Below, piece by piece: positions 56,170-64,000 of a stretch of DNA of 64,000 bases. The first letter of the stretch is position 1. Each line of letters begins with the position of its first letter. The DNA is from an uncultured Candidatus Poseidoniales archaeon (GTDB taxonomy: Archaea; Thermoplasmatota; Poseidoniia; Poseidoniales; Thalassarchaeaceae): assembly GCA_905182515.1 (NCBI GenBank), contig CAJJBW010000001.1, positions 146,275 through 210,274 of the forward strand. Reading direction: 5' to 3'. A model generated the notes under the pieces. It ran no database searches. It saw only the letters and a list, made by a program, of their open reading frames with translations, and had not been told where the DNA came from. Both the position numbers and the translations under genes were made by a program.

Positions 56170-56392
56170 GCCACTCGATGCAAGCCAACCAATTTAATGC
56201 CTCGGCCAAATAATGATATTTTACTATAATTATCTTTCTAATAGTCGGAGCATTCATGAAGTAAGCACTTCTCCCATATATTGCTTTTAAGCCACACTCG
56301 AGGATGCCCTGCGTCCATTCACCCAAATGCCGAATAGGCAAAACAGGAACCGAGTTTCTAGGGTGTGGATTATAAAAAAGGAGAATTAAATA

Positions 56393-57559
56393 ATGTCAAA
56401 TGAAGGAAAATATGTCATACACGCATCTATTCGAACAGATGGAACAGTTGCTAGAAAAGACGTCATAGGAGCAATTTTCGGTCAAACCGAAGGCTTACTT
56501 GGCGATCAATTGCAATTGAGAAAATTACAAAGAACAGGCCGAATAGGCCATGTAGATGTTGTGTTACATCAAAATAAAGGAAAAGTACAAGGAGAAATAA
56601 TGGTAACATCGTCTTTAGATCAAGTTAGCACTGCTGTTATAGGGGCAGCTTTAGAAACCATAGAAAGAATCGGGCCATGCAAATCGTCAATAAAAGTAAA
56701 ACAGATTGAAAATATACGCTCTGCAAAGAGAGACCATGTCATAGATCGTGCTAAAGAATTACTAGTTACCTTAGTTAATTCAGGTACAGATGAATCTAAG
56801 AATATATTAGAGGAAGTTAGATCAGTCCTCACTCTAGATACTGAAATCGAAATTTCAGGAATGACGGCTGGACCAAACGTTGAGAATAGTGAAGCAATAA
56901 TTATTGTAGAAGGTAGAAATGATGTTAGAAATCTATTAAAATACGGGATCAAGAATGCCATTGCTACAATGGGTTCTGGAATAAATCCAGAATTAATAAC
57001 TCTTGCAAGTAATAAAAAAATTGTTACCGCGTTTTTAGATGGAGATAGAGGTGGCAAATTACTCTTGATGGAATTAAGTGGAAAATTAGGTAAAAGTCTG
57101 AGCCACGTCTCAATAGCACCTCAAAGCAGAGAAGTCGAACATCTAGAAGGAAAAGTGATAACAAAATGCCTAAATCAAAAAGAAGTAGCCTCCAAAGCAG
57201 TCGCTAGGATTCAAATTGAAATTCAGAAAGATGATGATGATACAGTTGGTACTGGAAGTGAATTATTAGAGGCACCAGAACATGTTAAAGAATGGGCCAA
57301 TCTTTTAGAAGGATTACCAAGAAATAATGCAATAATAATTCTTGAAGATGGCTCAAATACTGATCCAATTGGAGCTAGTAATTTGAAAGAGTCCCTTGAA
57401 GAAACTAAAGGCGCACTAGGACTTGTATTCGCAGGAAAAATAAATGATAAAATATTTGATTATGCTTCTGGAGCAGGTATTGAAAATGTACTTGGAAACT
57501 CAAGAGGAAAAGTATCTAGAAAACAAGATGTACAGGCTTTTTCACCTGATGATTTTTGA
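56393..57559 (+). CDS. dnaG: Archaeal DnaG primase-like protein (TOPRIM)
   Basis: 'YVIHASIRTDGTVARKDVIGAIFGQTEGLLG' and TOPRIM 'IIVEGRNDV ... LDGDRGG'. GGAG lies 10 nt upstream of the ATG. Confidence 0.9.
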   Translation: MSNEGKYVIHASIRTDGTVARKDVIGAIFGQTEGLLGDQLQLRKLQRTGRIGHVDVVLHQNKGKVQGEIMVTSSLDQVSTAVIGAALETIERIGPCKSSIKVKQIENIRSAKRDHVIDRAKELLVTLVNSGTDESKNILEEVRSVLTLDTEIEISGMTAGPNVENSEAIIIVEGRNDVRNLLKYGIKNAIATMGSGINPELITLASNKKIVTAFLDGDRGGKLLLMELSGKLGKSLSHVSIAPQSREVEHLEGKVITKCLNQKEVASKAVARIQIEIQKDDDDTVGTGSELLEAPEHVKEWANLLEGLPRNNAIIILEDGSNTDPIGASNLKESLEETKGALGLVFAGKINDKIFDYASGAGIENVLGNSRGKVSRKQDVQAFSPDDF

Positions 57560-57577
57560 ATATCATAATTAATTTAC

Positions 57578-57608
57578 TTGCAATTAGTCTCATAATGACT
57601 AATTGCAA
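57578..57608. promoter_or_regulatory. Perfect 12-bp inverted repeat with a 7-nt spacer, between dnaG and the TPR gene
   Basis: TTGCAATTAGTC-tcataat-GACTAATTGCAA. No flanking T-run. Confidence 0.4.
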
Positions 57609-57682
57609 ATAAGTTAAAAATCACCATATAACATACAAAAGTAATAGAAGCCATCAAAAGTCTTCTATGTTCGCTTAGGGTA

Positions 57683-59977
57683 ATGGAATCTTCTACCATG
57701 GCTGTGGTAACGGTTTATGCAATACTAATTATTGCATTTTCAGCACTTTGGTTGAAACATAAAAGTATGATGAAGAAAAGCCAAAAATTTCATACTAGAC
57801 TAGGATCACTACAAGGTAACTTAAATGATGCTTCAAGCTCCTTAGAGTTACTATCCCGAGGGGTTAATACTATTCTTTCTGATACACCTGAAGTACATGG
57901 ATTGCTAGATGTACACAAGTCATTGGAAAATGCAGAAAAATTATTATTAAATCAAAGCTTCTTAATAAGTTCTAGCGAATCTTGTGCCATTGCAACCCAC
58001 GCTACTAGATCAATTTTAAGCCATTATCCGGGAATTGATGTGGATGGAAAAATAGACGTAGTTCCAGGGCTTTTGCCACTGACCAAAAGGCTAGACTCAA
58101 TTTTGACAGAGTCCAACATGAGGGCAGAAGATATAGAGTTGAATGGACACGAACAGCGAAGAATTGGTGAACTTTTTCATGCTATGGGTAAAATTGATAG
58201 AGCGTCAGATTGCTATAAAATGGCACATGAATTAACCCCTGAAGATATTAAACCTCTGAGGTCTTTAGCAAATATACAACGAGAAAAAGGAGACTTTGAC
58301 TCTCTTGATATTAGTTTAGAAAGATTATTGGCAGTTAATCCAGATGACACTGACGTACTGCAAGAACAGATTTTATTATTACTTGGATCAGATTCAGATC
58401 GAATCAAAAGAAACCAAAAAAGACTAGAGGGATTGGGTGTGGATAGTTTACAAGAATCTGAGAATGTCAACGAATTATCTAATATAATGGTGAGAGCAAA
58501 TAGAGCAGGATCAAATTCATATCATGATAAATCCCAAAACTCAGATGACTTAGTTCATAAAGCAACTAAATTATTACTTCTTGGTGAAATTAATACGGCC
58601 TTAGAATATGTCGATAAAGCATTATCATTAGATAATAAGAATGGAAAAGGATGGCTTTTACATTCAAGAATATTGGCCACTAATCCTAATAAAATAAAAG
58701 AAGCCCTTAATAGTATTAAGAAAGCAAAGGGGTTAGGTGAATTCGGCATAATAGTTGAAGCAGAAATATTGGAAAATAATGGTAAATCACAACCTGCCAT
58801 AGAGGTACTAGAAGAATTCTTAGTACAGAATCCCGAAAATCCAGAAGTTAGGGCAAAACTTAGCCTTTTACTTCTTAGATCAGGAACATTTGAATGGGCT
58901 AAGAAGGTGATAGAAGATGCACCTGCTGAATCATGGGATCATGAAGCATTGCATGTCATGAAAGGCCGTCTGTATCTTTTCGAAGTAGATGAGTATAGGG
59001 ACAATACTGGTAATTATGATCAGATGCTTCTTTTAGAATCAATTTCATCCTTTGACTCGGCAATTGAATATAATCGTGAATCTGGACTAGCATGGTTAGG
59101 AAGATCAAGAGCTTTAAGATATCAAGGAGCATATAATGAAGCAGAAATAGCATTAGTTAGGGCCCGGCGTTTAATACCAAAACATCCATCAATATCGTTA
59201 GAGGAAGCGCAGTTAGCTTTAGATTTAGGTAACTTAGATCAAGCAAATGCTATGATTTCTGAAGCATCTACTTTATTGAATAACAACCCTTCTATTTCAT
59301 TTATTAAAGGCCTTATAGCAGCAAAGAAAGGACATTTAGCAGAGGCTCAAGGATTTTTTACAAGAACTCTAGAGATGGACGAAAATCATGTTAGAGCAAG
59401 ATTGAATAGATGTTCTGCCGCATTACTTAGAGAAGAACTAAGTTTAGCACTTGATGATGCAAACCTTTTGGTTGAAACTAGACCTTCTTTGGATTTAGCC
59501 AAATTGAGAAGATCTGAGATTTTGATGAATCTTGGAGATTGGCCAGAGGCGGAATCTGAACTCAGATTATTGTTGAAGAAAAATCCAGAATATACCATGG
59601 CATTAGTTCATTTAGGAACTTGTATGAATGCAATGGGTAGGGCTGAACAAGCTGAAAAACCTTTGAATAAAGCTATAAATATAGATCCTCAATTGTCCGA
59701 AGCATGGTATCAGAGAGGGTTATTATATGTTGATTTTGCTAGATTAGAAGAAGCATTTTCCGATTTTGAAAGTGCTGTCAGATGTAATCCCAGACATTTA
59801 GATGCTAATCTAAGAATGGCTGCTATATTGCACGAAGGAGAATATCCAGAAAAAGCCGTTTCTGCATGGAGGGCGGTTTTAGATATTGACCCTGAACACC
59901 GATTAGCTAGAAGAAGATTAGAAGAATCAAGAGAAAAGGCTGTAACAAAGAATTCTAATTATATTACAAAGCATTAA
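57683..59977 (+). CDS. 764-aa membrane-anchored TPR-repeat protein
   Basis: N-terminal TM 'MAVVTVYAILIIAFSALWL' and many 34-aa TPR-like units (e.g. 'AWYQRGLLYVDFARLEEAFSDFESAVRCNP'). Confidence 0.75.
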   Translation: MESSTMAVVTVYAILIIAFSALWLKHKSMMKKSQKFHTRLGSLQGNLNDASSSLELLSRGVNTILSDTPEVHGLLDVHKSLENAEKLLLNQSFLISSSESCAIATHATRSILSHYPGIDVDGKIDVVPGLLPLTKRLDSILTESNMRAEDIELNGHEQRRIGELFHAMGKIDRASDCYKMAHELTPEDIKPLRSLANIQREKGDFDSLDISLERLLAVNPDDTDVLQEQILLLLGSDSDRIKRNQKRLEGLGVDSLQESENVNELSNIMVRANRAGSNSYHDKSQNSDDLVHKATKLLLLGEINTALEYVDKALSLDNKNGKGWLLHSRILATNPNKIKEALNSIKKAKGLGEFGIIVEAEILENNGKSQPAIEVLEEFLVQNPENPEVRAKLSLLLLRSGTFEWAKKVIEDAPAESWDHEALHVMKGRLYLFEVDEYRDNTGNYDQMLLLESISSFDSAIEYNRESGLAWLGRSRALRYQGAYNEAEIALVRARRLIPKHPSISLEEAQLALDLGNLDQANAMISEASTLLNNNPSISFIKGLIAAKKGHLAEAQGFFTRTLEMDENHVRARLNRCSAALLREELSLALDDANLLVETRPSLDLAKLRRSEILMNLGDWPEAESELRLLLKKNPEYTMALVHLGTCMNAMGRAEQAEKPLNKAINIDPQLSEAWYQRGLLYVDFARLEEAFSDFESAVRCNPRHLDANLRMAAILHEGEYPEKAVSAWRAVLDIDPEHRLARRRLEESREKAVTKNSNYITKH

Positions 59978-59983
59978 TTCTTC

Positions 59984-60556
59984 ATGTGCTTTGGGTTGGA
60001 TATGAAAGGGCCATCAGGGATAGAGCCAGGCGATGCAGCACCAGATTTTAATTTAAAAAATGCAAATTTTACCAAAAATGGAGACAACGTCTCTCTCTCT
60101 GATGTTATGTCCAAAAATGGCGTTATAATTTTATTTACTTGTAATCACTGTCCGTATGTAGTCGGGTCAGAATCAAGAATAGAAATGATGTCCATCAAAG
60201 CGGAAAAGAGTAATATTGGATTCGTTGGAATTAATTCCAACGATCCAATAAATTATACTACCGATTCCTGGGAAAATATGGTTAAGAGAGCCAAGAATGG
60301 AATGTCGTATGCATATCTTGTTGATGATACACAAGAAGTTGCTGTAGAATATGGTGCTGAGAGAACTCCAGAATTTTTCTTAATAAATTCATCTGGGATT
60401 GTTGTTTATCGGGGAAGACTTGACGATTCACCACGAGACCCTTCTCACGCAACAACTTCAGAATTATCAGATGCGATTGATTCTGTGCTATTAGGAAACG
60501 ATATTTCACAATCTAGAACAGAAAGTATAGGTTGTTCGATTAAATGGAAATTATAA
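59984..60556 (+). CDS. Thioredoxin-fold (AhpC/TSA-redoxin-like) protein
   Basis: 'FTCNHCPYV' CxxC and C-terminal 'GCSIKW'. An alternative start lies at 60002. Confidence 0.7.
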   Translation: MCFGLDMKGPSGIEPGDAAPDFNLKNANFTKNGDNVSLSDVMSKNGVIILFTCNHCPYVVGSESRIEMMSIKAEKSNIGFVGINSNDPINYTTDSWENMVKRAKNGMSYAYLVDDTQEVAVEYGAERTPEFFLINSSGIVVYRGRLDDSPRDPSHATTSELSDAIDSVLLGNDISQSRTESIGCSIKWKL

Positions 60557-60560
60557 ATTT

Positions 60561-60983
60561 TTAGTACTGCTCTAATACTAATTCTGTTTGTGTAGAACTT
60601 ATATCACCGGGTGCAGCCATCCACATTTTGTCTAACATATTTCTTAATCCTGCTGTATCATCAACATGTACTATTACTATTAAATCTGCATCGCCACTTA
60701 TCTCATAAACCGATTCAACTCCATTCCATCCCGCAAATTCTCCTGCTAAAGATCCAATTTCAGTACCTGCTCCTATTTTCATACGTATAAGTGCAGACAA
60801 ACCTATGCCAGCCTCTCTAACAGTATATCCTCTAATTACACCCTCTTCTTCCAACTTACGCATCCTAGTTCTAACTGTTCTTTCTGTAACTCCAACTGCT
60901 TTTGCAATATCTACATAAGGGGCCCTTCCATTGTCTCTAAGTACTGATAGTATCCCTCTATCCAAAGAATCAATATTTAACAT
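60561..60983 (-). CDS. Lrp/AsnC-family transcriptional regulator
   Basis: HTH 'LDRGILSVLRDNGRAPYVDIAKAVGVTERTVRTRMRKLEEEGVIRGY' plus a RAM-type C-terminal domain. Confidence 0.9.
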   Translation of the reverse strand: MLNIDSLDRGILSVLRDNGRAPYVDIAKAVGVTERTVRTRMRKLEEEGVIRGYTVREAGIGLSALIRMKIGAGTEIGSLAGEFAGWNGVESVYEISGDADLIVIVHVDDTAGLRNMLDKMWMAAPGDISSTQTELVLEQY

Positions 60984-61110
60984 ATTTTATACCGGAAAGT
61001 GCATCTTATTTGTACTTTTACAACTTTATATACATTTTTTTAATATTATATTTCCGGATTATGGTTAATCAATCTTCAATTTTTAAAAAGTTGTATTAAA
61101 ATGGGATGCC

Positions 61111-61560
61111 ATGTACAGAGGGGTTATGAAATCAGATAAGGCGACAGCCGACCTCCGAGTTCAAGAATATCTAGATGATATATCTCAGTTAGATATTTGC
61201 CGTGAATATTCTCAATGGTACAATGTAGACGTATCCTCATTACTTTCCAATACAAATATACTAGGTCACGAAATAGACTATGACTCCGGGACTTCTCTTA
61301 TATTCTTAGATCGAAGCGTGATGCTTTGTTGCCCCCAATCAGGTAAAATCCATCATTATCCAAAACACTTACTACACTGTTTTATTGATGATAAGAGAGG
61401 AAAATGTCATGATAGTGATGGCACTATTTTTAGAGCAGAATTATTTTCTATATCCCCTACAAATGAACAGCTTTGTTGGGAAAAGTGTTGTGTTTCTGAA
61501 ATTGATGTCCCTCAAATACAATATAAAGTTGCAAAATGGATTGGTTGGCTAAATTCATAA
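61111..61560 (+). CDS. Cys/His-rich hypothetical protein
   Basis: 'LCCPQSGKIHHYPKHLLHCFIDDKRGKCHDSDG' and 'CWEKCC'. No family recognised. Confidence 0.5.
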   Translation: MYRGVMKSDKATADLRVQEYLDDISQLDICREYSQWYNVDVSSLLSNTNILGHEIDYDSGTSLIFLDRSVMLCCPQSGKIHHYPKHLLHCFIDDKRGKCHDSDGTIFRAELFSISPTNEQLCWEKCCVSEIDVPQIQYKVAKWIGWLNS

Positions 61561-61605
61561 TTTTAATCCCGTTACATTGACAAACAAAATCCGTTTCGTC
61601 ATACT

Positions 61606-62856
61606 ATGGGAATGCCCATAAGCAACTTACATGGTAGGATGATTCTTGATTCAAGAGGTAATCCAACGATTGAAGTTGAATGTTATGCAAGTATAGATAT
61701 TCCATCTAGAGCAACAGTTCCATCTGGGGCATCAACAGGAAGTTACGAAGCTGTAGAATTACGTGACAACAGTAATCAATGGGGGGGTAAAGGCGTAGAT
61801 TTAGCCATTAGTAATATTAATGGTAAAATAAAAGATGCATTATTGGGAGTAGATGTTTCAGAACAAGGAAAAATTGATTCATTGATGATAGATTTAGATG
61901 ACACCCCAAATAAATCAATATTAGGTGCAAATGCAATTCTTGGAGTATCAATGGCATGTTTACGTGCTGCTGCTGGCGTCGGATATCCTCTGTGGTCATA
62001 TATAGCGACGAATGAAGAAAATTGTGCTTTACCAGTCCCATTGATGAATATATTGAATGGTGGGGCACATGCAAACTCTAATGTTGATATTCAGGAATTC
62101 ATGATAGTCCCTCATGGTTTTGACGATTTCAAAGAAGCCTTACGTGCCGGTGTTGAAATATATCACATGTTAAAATCAGTTTTAAGAGAAAATGATTTAC
62201 TAGGAGGAGTAGGGGACGAAGGTGGGTTTGCTCCAAATTTGCCATGTAATGAAGAAGGACTAATTTATGTAGTACAGGCAATAAAAAAAGCAGGTTATGA
62301 ACCAGGTAAGCAGGTATCAATAGCATTAGATGTTGCAGCTCAGGAATTTTATGATGGGAATCAATACCTAATTGATGGCAAATTAATCTCTGGATCAGAA
62401 TTAGCAGATATTTATTCTTATTGGATTCAATCATATCCTATAGTATCCATAGAAGATCCATTTGGAGAAGATGATTGGCATTCCTGGATTGAATTTACTA
62501 AAAAGGAAGGGCACAGGGTGCAAATAGTAGGAGATGATTTGTATGTTACAAACCCAGAGCGATTTGCAAAAGGAATCGAGAATTCGGCATCAAACGCCAT
62601 ACTAATAAAATTAAATCAAATAGGAACATTTACAGAGACTATGAAAGTTATTAAAATGGCAAAAGAAGCAGGTTTTGCCACCATAATAAGCCACCGTTCT
62701 GGGGAAACTAGTGATGATATTATTTCTGATATTGCAGTTGGTACAAATGCCGGGCAGATAAAAACCGGGGCTCCTGCTAGAAGTGATAGAACATCTAAAT
62801 ATAATCAGCTACTTAGAATCTATGAAGTCTGTAACAAGTACACAGATCTATTCTAA
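61606..62856 (+). CDS. eno: Enolase
   Basis: 'ILDSRGNPTIEVE', 'SHRSGETSD' and 'IKTGAPARSDR'. Confidence 0.95.
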   Translation: MGMPISNLHGRMILDSRGNPTIEVECYASIDIPSRATVPSGASTGSYEAVELRDNSNQWGGKGVDLAISNINGKIKDALLGVDVSEQGKIDSLMIDLDDTPNKSILGANAILGVSMACLRAAAGVGYPLWSYIATNEENCALPVPLMNILNGGAHANSNVDIQEFMIVPHGFDDFKEALRAGVEIYHMLKSVLRENDLLGGVGDEGGFAPNLPCNEEGLIYVVQAIKKAGYEPGKQVSIALDVAAQEFYDGNQYLIDGKLISGSELADIYSYWIQSYPIVSIEDPFGEDDWHSWIEFTKKEGHRVQIVGDDLYVTNPERFAKGIENSASNAILIKLNQIGTFTETMKVIKMAKEAGFATIISHRSGETSDDIISDIAVGTNAGQIKTGAPARSDRTSKYNQLLRIYEVCNKYTDLF

Positions 62857-63795
62857 TGACTTAAGTAATAGTGGCAGTACAATAGATGCATCTGATTCAA
62901 TCATAAATCGTGGAGTATCAACATCTAATTTCCCCCAACTTATTTTTTCATTAGGAGGCGCGCCCGAATATCCTCCATATGATGACTTAGATTCGCTAAT
63001 CTGTCCAAACCATTTCCAACGATTTATTTTTAAGCCCACATCTTGCTCTAGCATTGGTACAACACAAATGGCAAAATCGCCTGCAATTCCTCCTCCGACT
63101 TGTAATATTCCTGTGGGGGAATCATCTTCTCTGTACCAATCCGCAAGAGATTGCATAGCATAAAGTCCACCTTTAACAATATCTGGACTTTTTAGTGTGC
63201 AATCCAAGACTCTCGCAGCAAGTATATTTCCTAAAGTTGAATCTTCCCAGCCTGGGACAAATAATGGAAGATTAGCATCCGCAGCGGCCATCAACCATGA
63301 ATTATTAGGATCAGCATCAAATTCTATTCCACTATGCAATAAAATGTCATAAAGATATTCATGCGGAAATCTTCTATCTCCAGCCGCTTCAGCATTTTTC
63401 CATAAAGGTAGTAAAAACTTCTCAATTTTCCTAACTGCCTCTTCTTCCGGTATTGCTACATCAGTTACTCGATTCATCCCTCTGTCCCTAAGTTCAGCAT
63501 CATTTTCTGCGGTCATCTCTCTCCAATTTGGAATTTTCTCATAACTAGAATGGGCAACTAAATTGAATAAATCTTCTTCTAGGTTGGCGCCTGTACAACA
63601 TATGGCATGAACTTTTTGAGATTTTATTACAGGGGCCAATGTTCGTCCTATTTCAGCTGTAGACATGGCACCGGCTAAAGTAACAATTAACCTTCCTTTA
63701 TTCCCAATAAAGCCTCTTAGGGATTCTGCACATTCTGCTAAAACTCCGGCATTAAAATGTCTGTAATTATCTTCTATAAATTCTCTAATTGACAT
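62848..63795 (-). CDS. dys: Deoxyhypusine synthase
   Basis: 'LAGAMSTAEIG', 'ICCTGANLEEDL' and 'GGGIAGDF'. Its 3' end overlaps eno convergently by 9 nt. Confidence 0.88.
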   Translation of the reverse strand: MSIREFIEDNYRHFNAGVLAECAESLRGFIGNKGRLIVTLAGAMSTAEIGRTLAPVIKSQKVHAICCTGANLEEDLFNLVAHSSYEKIPNWREMTAENDAELRDRGMNRVTDVAIPEEEAVRKIEKFLLPLWKNAEAAGDRRFPHEYLYDILLHSGIEFDADPNNSWLMAAADANLPLFVPGWEDSTLGNILAARVLDCTLKSPDIVKGGLYAMQSLADWYREDDSPTGILQVGGGIAGDFAICVVPMLEQDVGLKINRWKWFGQISESKSSYGGYSGAPPNEKISWGKLDVDTPRFMIESDASIVLPLLLKSLE

Positions 63796-63804
63796 AAAAA
63801 CACC

Positions 63805-64000
63805 CTATTGTAAAAACCTTCTAAAAGAATCTTCCCTAATCAATTTCAATCCATTTATTGATTTAGAAAGCAATAATTTTAATTCATCTACTATCAACTG
63901 TGGGTCATTTTTTCCACAGGTAAAAACATCTATTGCTAGAATGCCAATTTCAGAATAACAATGAGCAGTAATATGACTTTCATCAACTAAAACTACAGCT
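63805..64000 (-). CDS. speH: Pyruvoyl-dependent S-adenosylmethionine decarboxylase proenzyme (SpeH-type), C-terminal part; 5' end beyond the window
   Basis: My own translation of the minus strand gives AVVLVDESHITAHCYSEIGILAIDVFTCGKNDPQ...RRFLQ*. It carries the self-cleavage 'ESH' motif and 'IDVFTCG'. The stop TAG is at 63805-63807, 9 nt upstream of the dys start. Confidence 0.75.
   Translation of the reverse strand, partial: AVVLVDESHITAHCYSEIGILAIDVFTCGKNDPQLIVDELKLLLSKSINGLKLIREDSFRRFLQ

Noticed and set aside
56291-56368. Whether the GC-rich 78-nt island is a tRNA or a C/D-box sRNA
   Set aside because: Its length and closing helix resemble a tRNA, but neither strand has a GTTCRANYC T-loop, a cloverleaf or a plausible anticodon arm. 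I saw no RUGAUGA or CUGA boxes. It is kept only as an unclassified structured element.
1-64000. rRNA genes, CRISPR arrays, transposases, toxin-antitoxin pairs and recognisable defence genes
   Set aside because: I found none on either strand. All long ORFs are accounted for by the calls above, and the only RNA genes I could fold are the two tRNAs.

Overview
AT-rich, densely coding archaeal chromosomal segment with about 58 protein genes on both strands and 2 tRNA genes. I found no rRNA, CRISPR array, transposase or integrase. Archaeal core markers are a group II chaperonin (thermosome), archaeal DnaG, an RFC-like clamp-loader subunit, RpoP, diphthine synthase, Trm5/Taw2, deoxyhypusine synthase, pyruvoyl SAM decarboxylase and geranylgeranyl reductase. 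Housekeeping metabolism includes scattered purine genes (purL/purQ, AzgA-like permease plus apt, guaA GATase subunit, purH, purN), pyrF, enolase and a Cys/Met PLP enzyme. The accessory content is mostly secreted or surface proteins. These are four lipobox (SGC) proteins (S15 peptidase, M28 peptidase, two tandem BNR/Asp-box propellers), a 1000-aa type I surface protein, a 316-aa anchored protein, and a 3382-aa acidic giant. The giant is built from a signal peptide, a lamin-tail-like domain, about 22 copies of an unrecognised two-cysteine module, about 18 thrombospondin-type-3 Ca-binding repeats and a PGF-CTERM anchor. It is the strongest candidate for something undescribed. Secondary candidates are an orphan 569-aa protein coupled to dph5, a degenerate PCMT-like/TPR fusion, a tightly coupled TerB-like/HEAT-like/small/MobA-like operon, and several intergenic palindromes plus one GC-rich structured island. 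The gene mix resembles uncultured marine planktonic Euryarchaeota (Marine Group II / Poseidoniales-like), but that is inference only. No searches were run, and all calls rest on motifs read from the supplied translations and the DNA.
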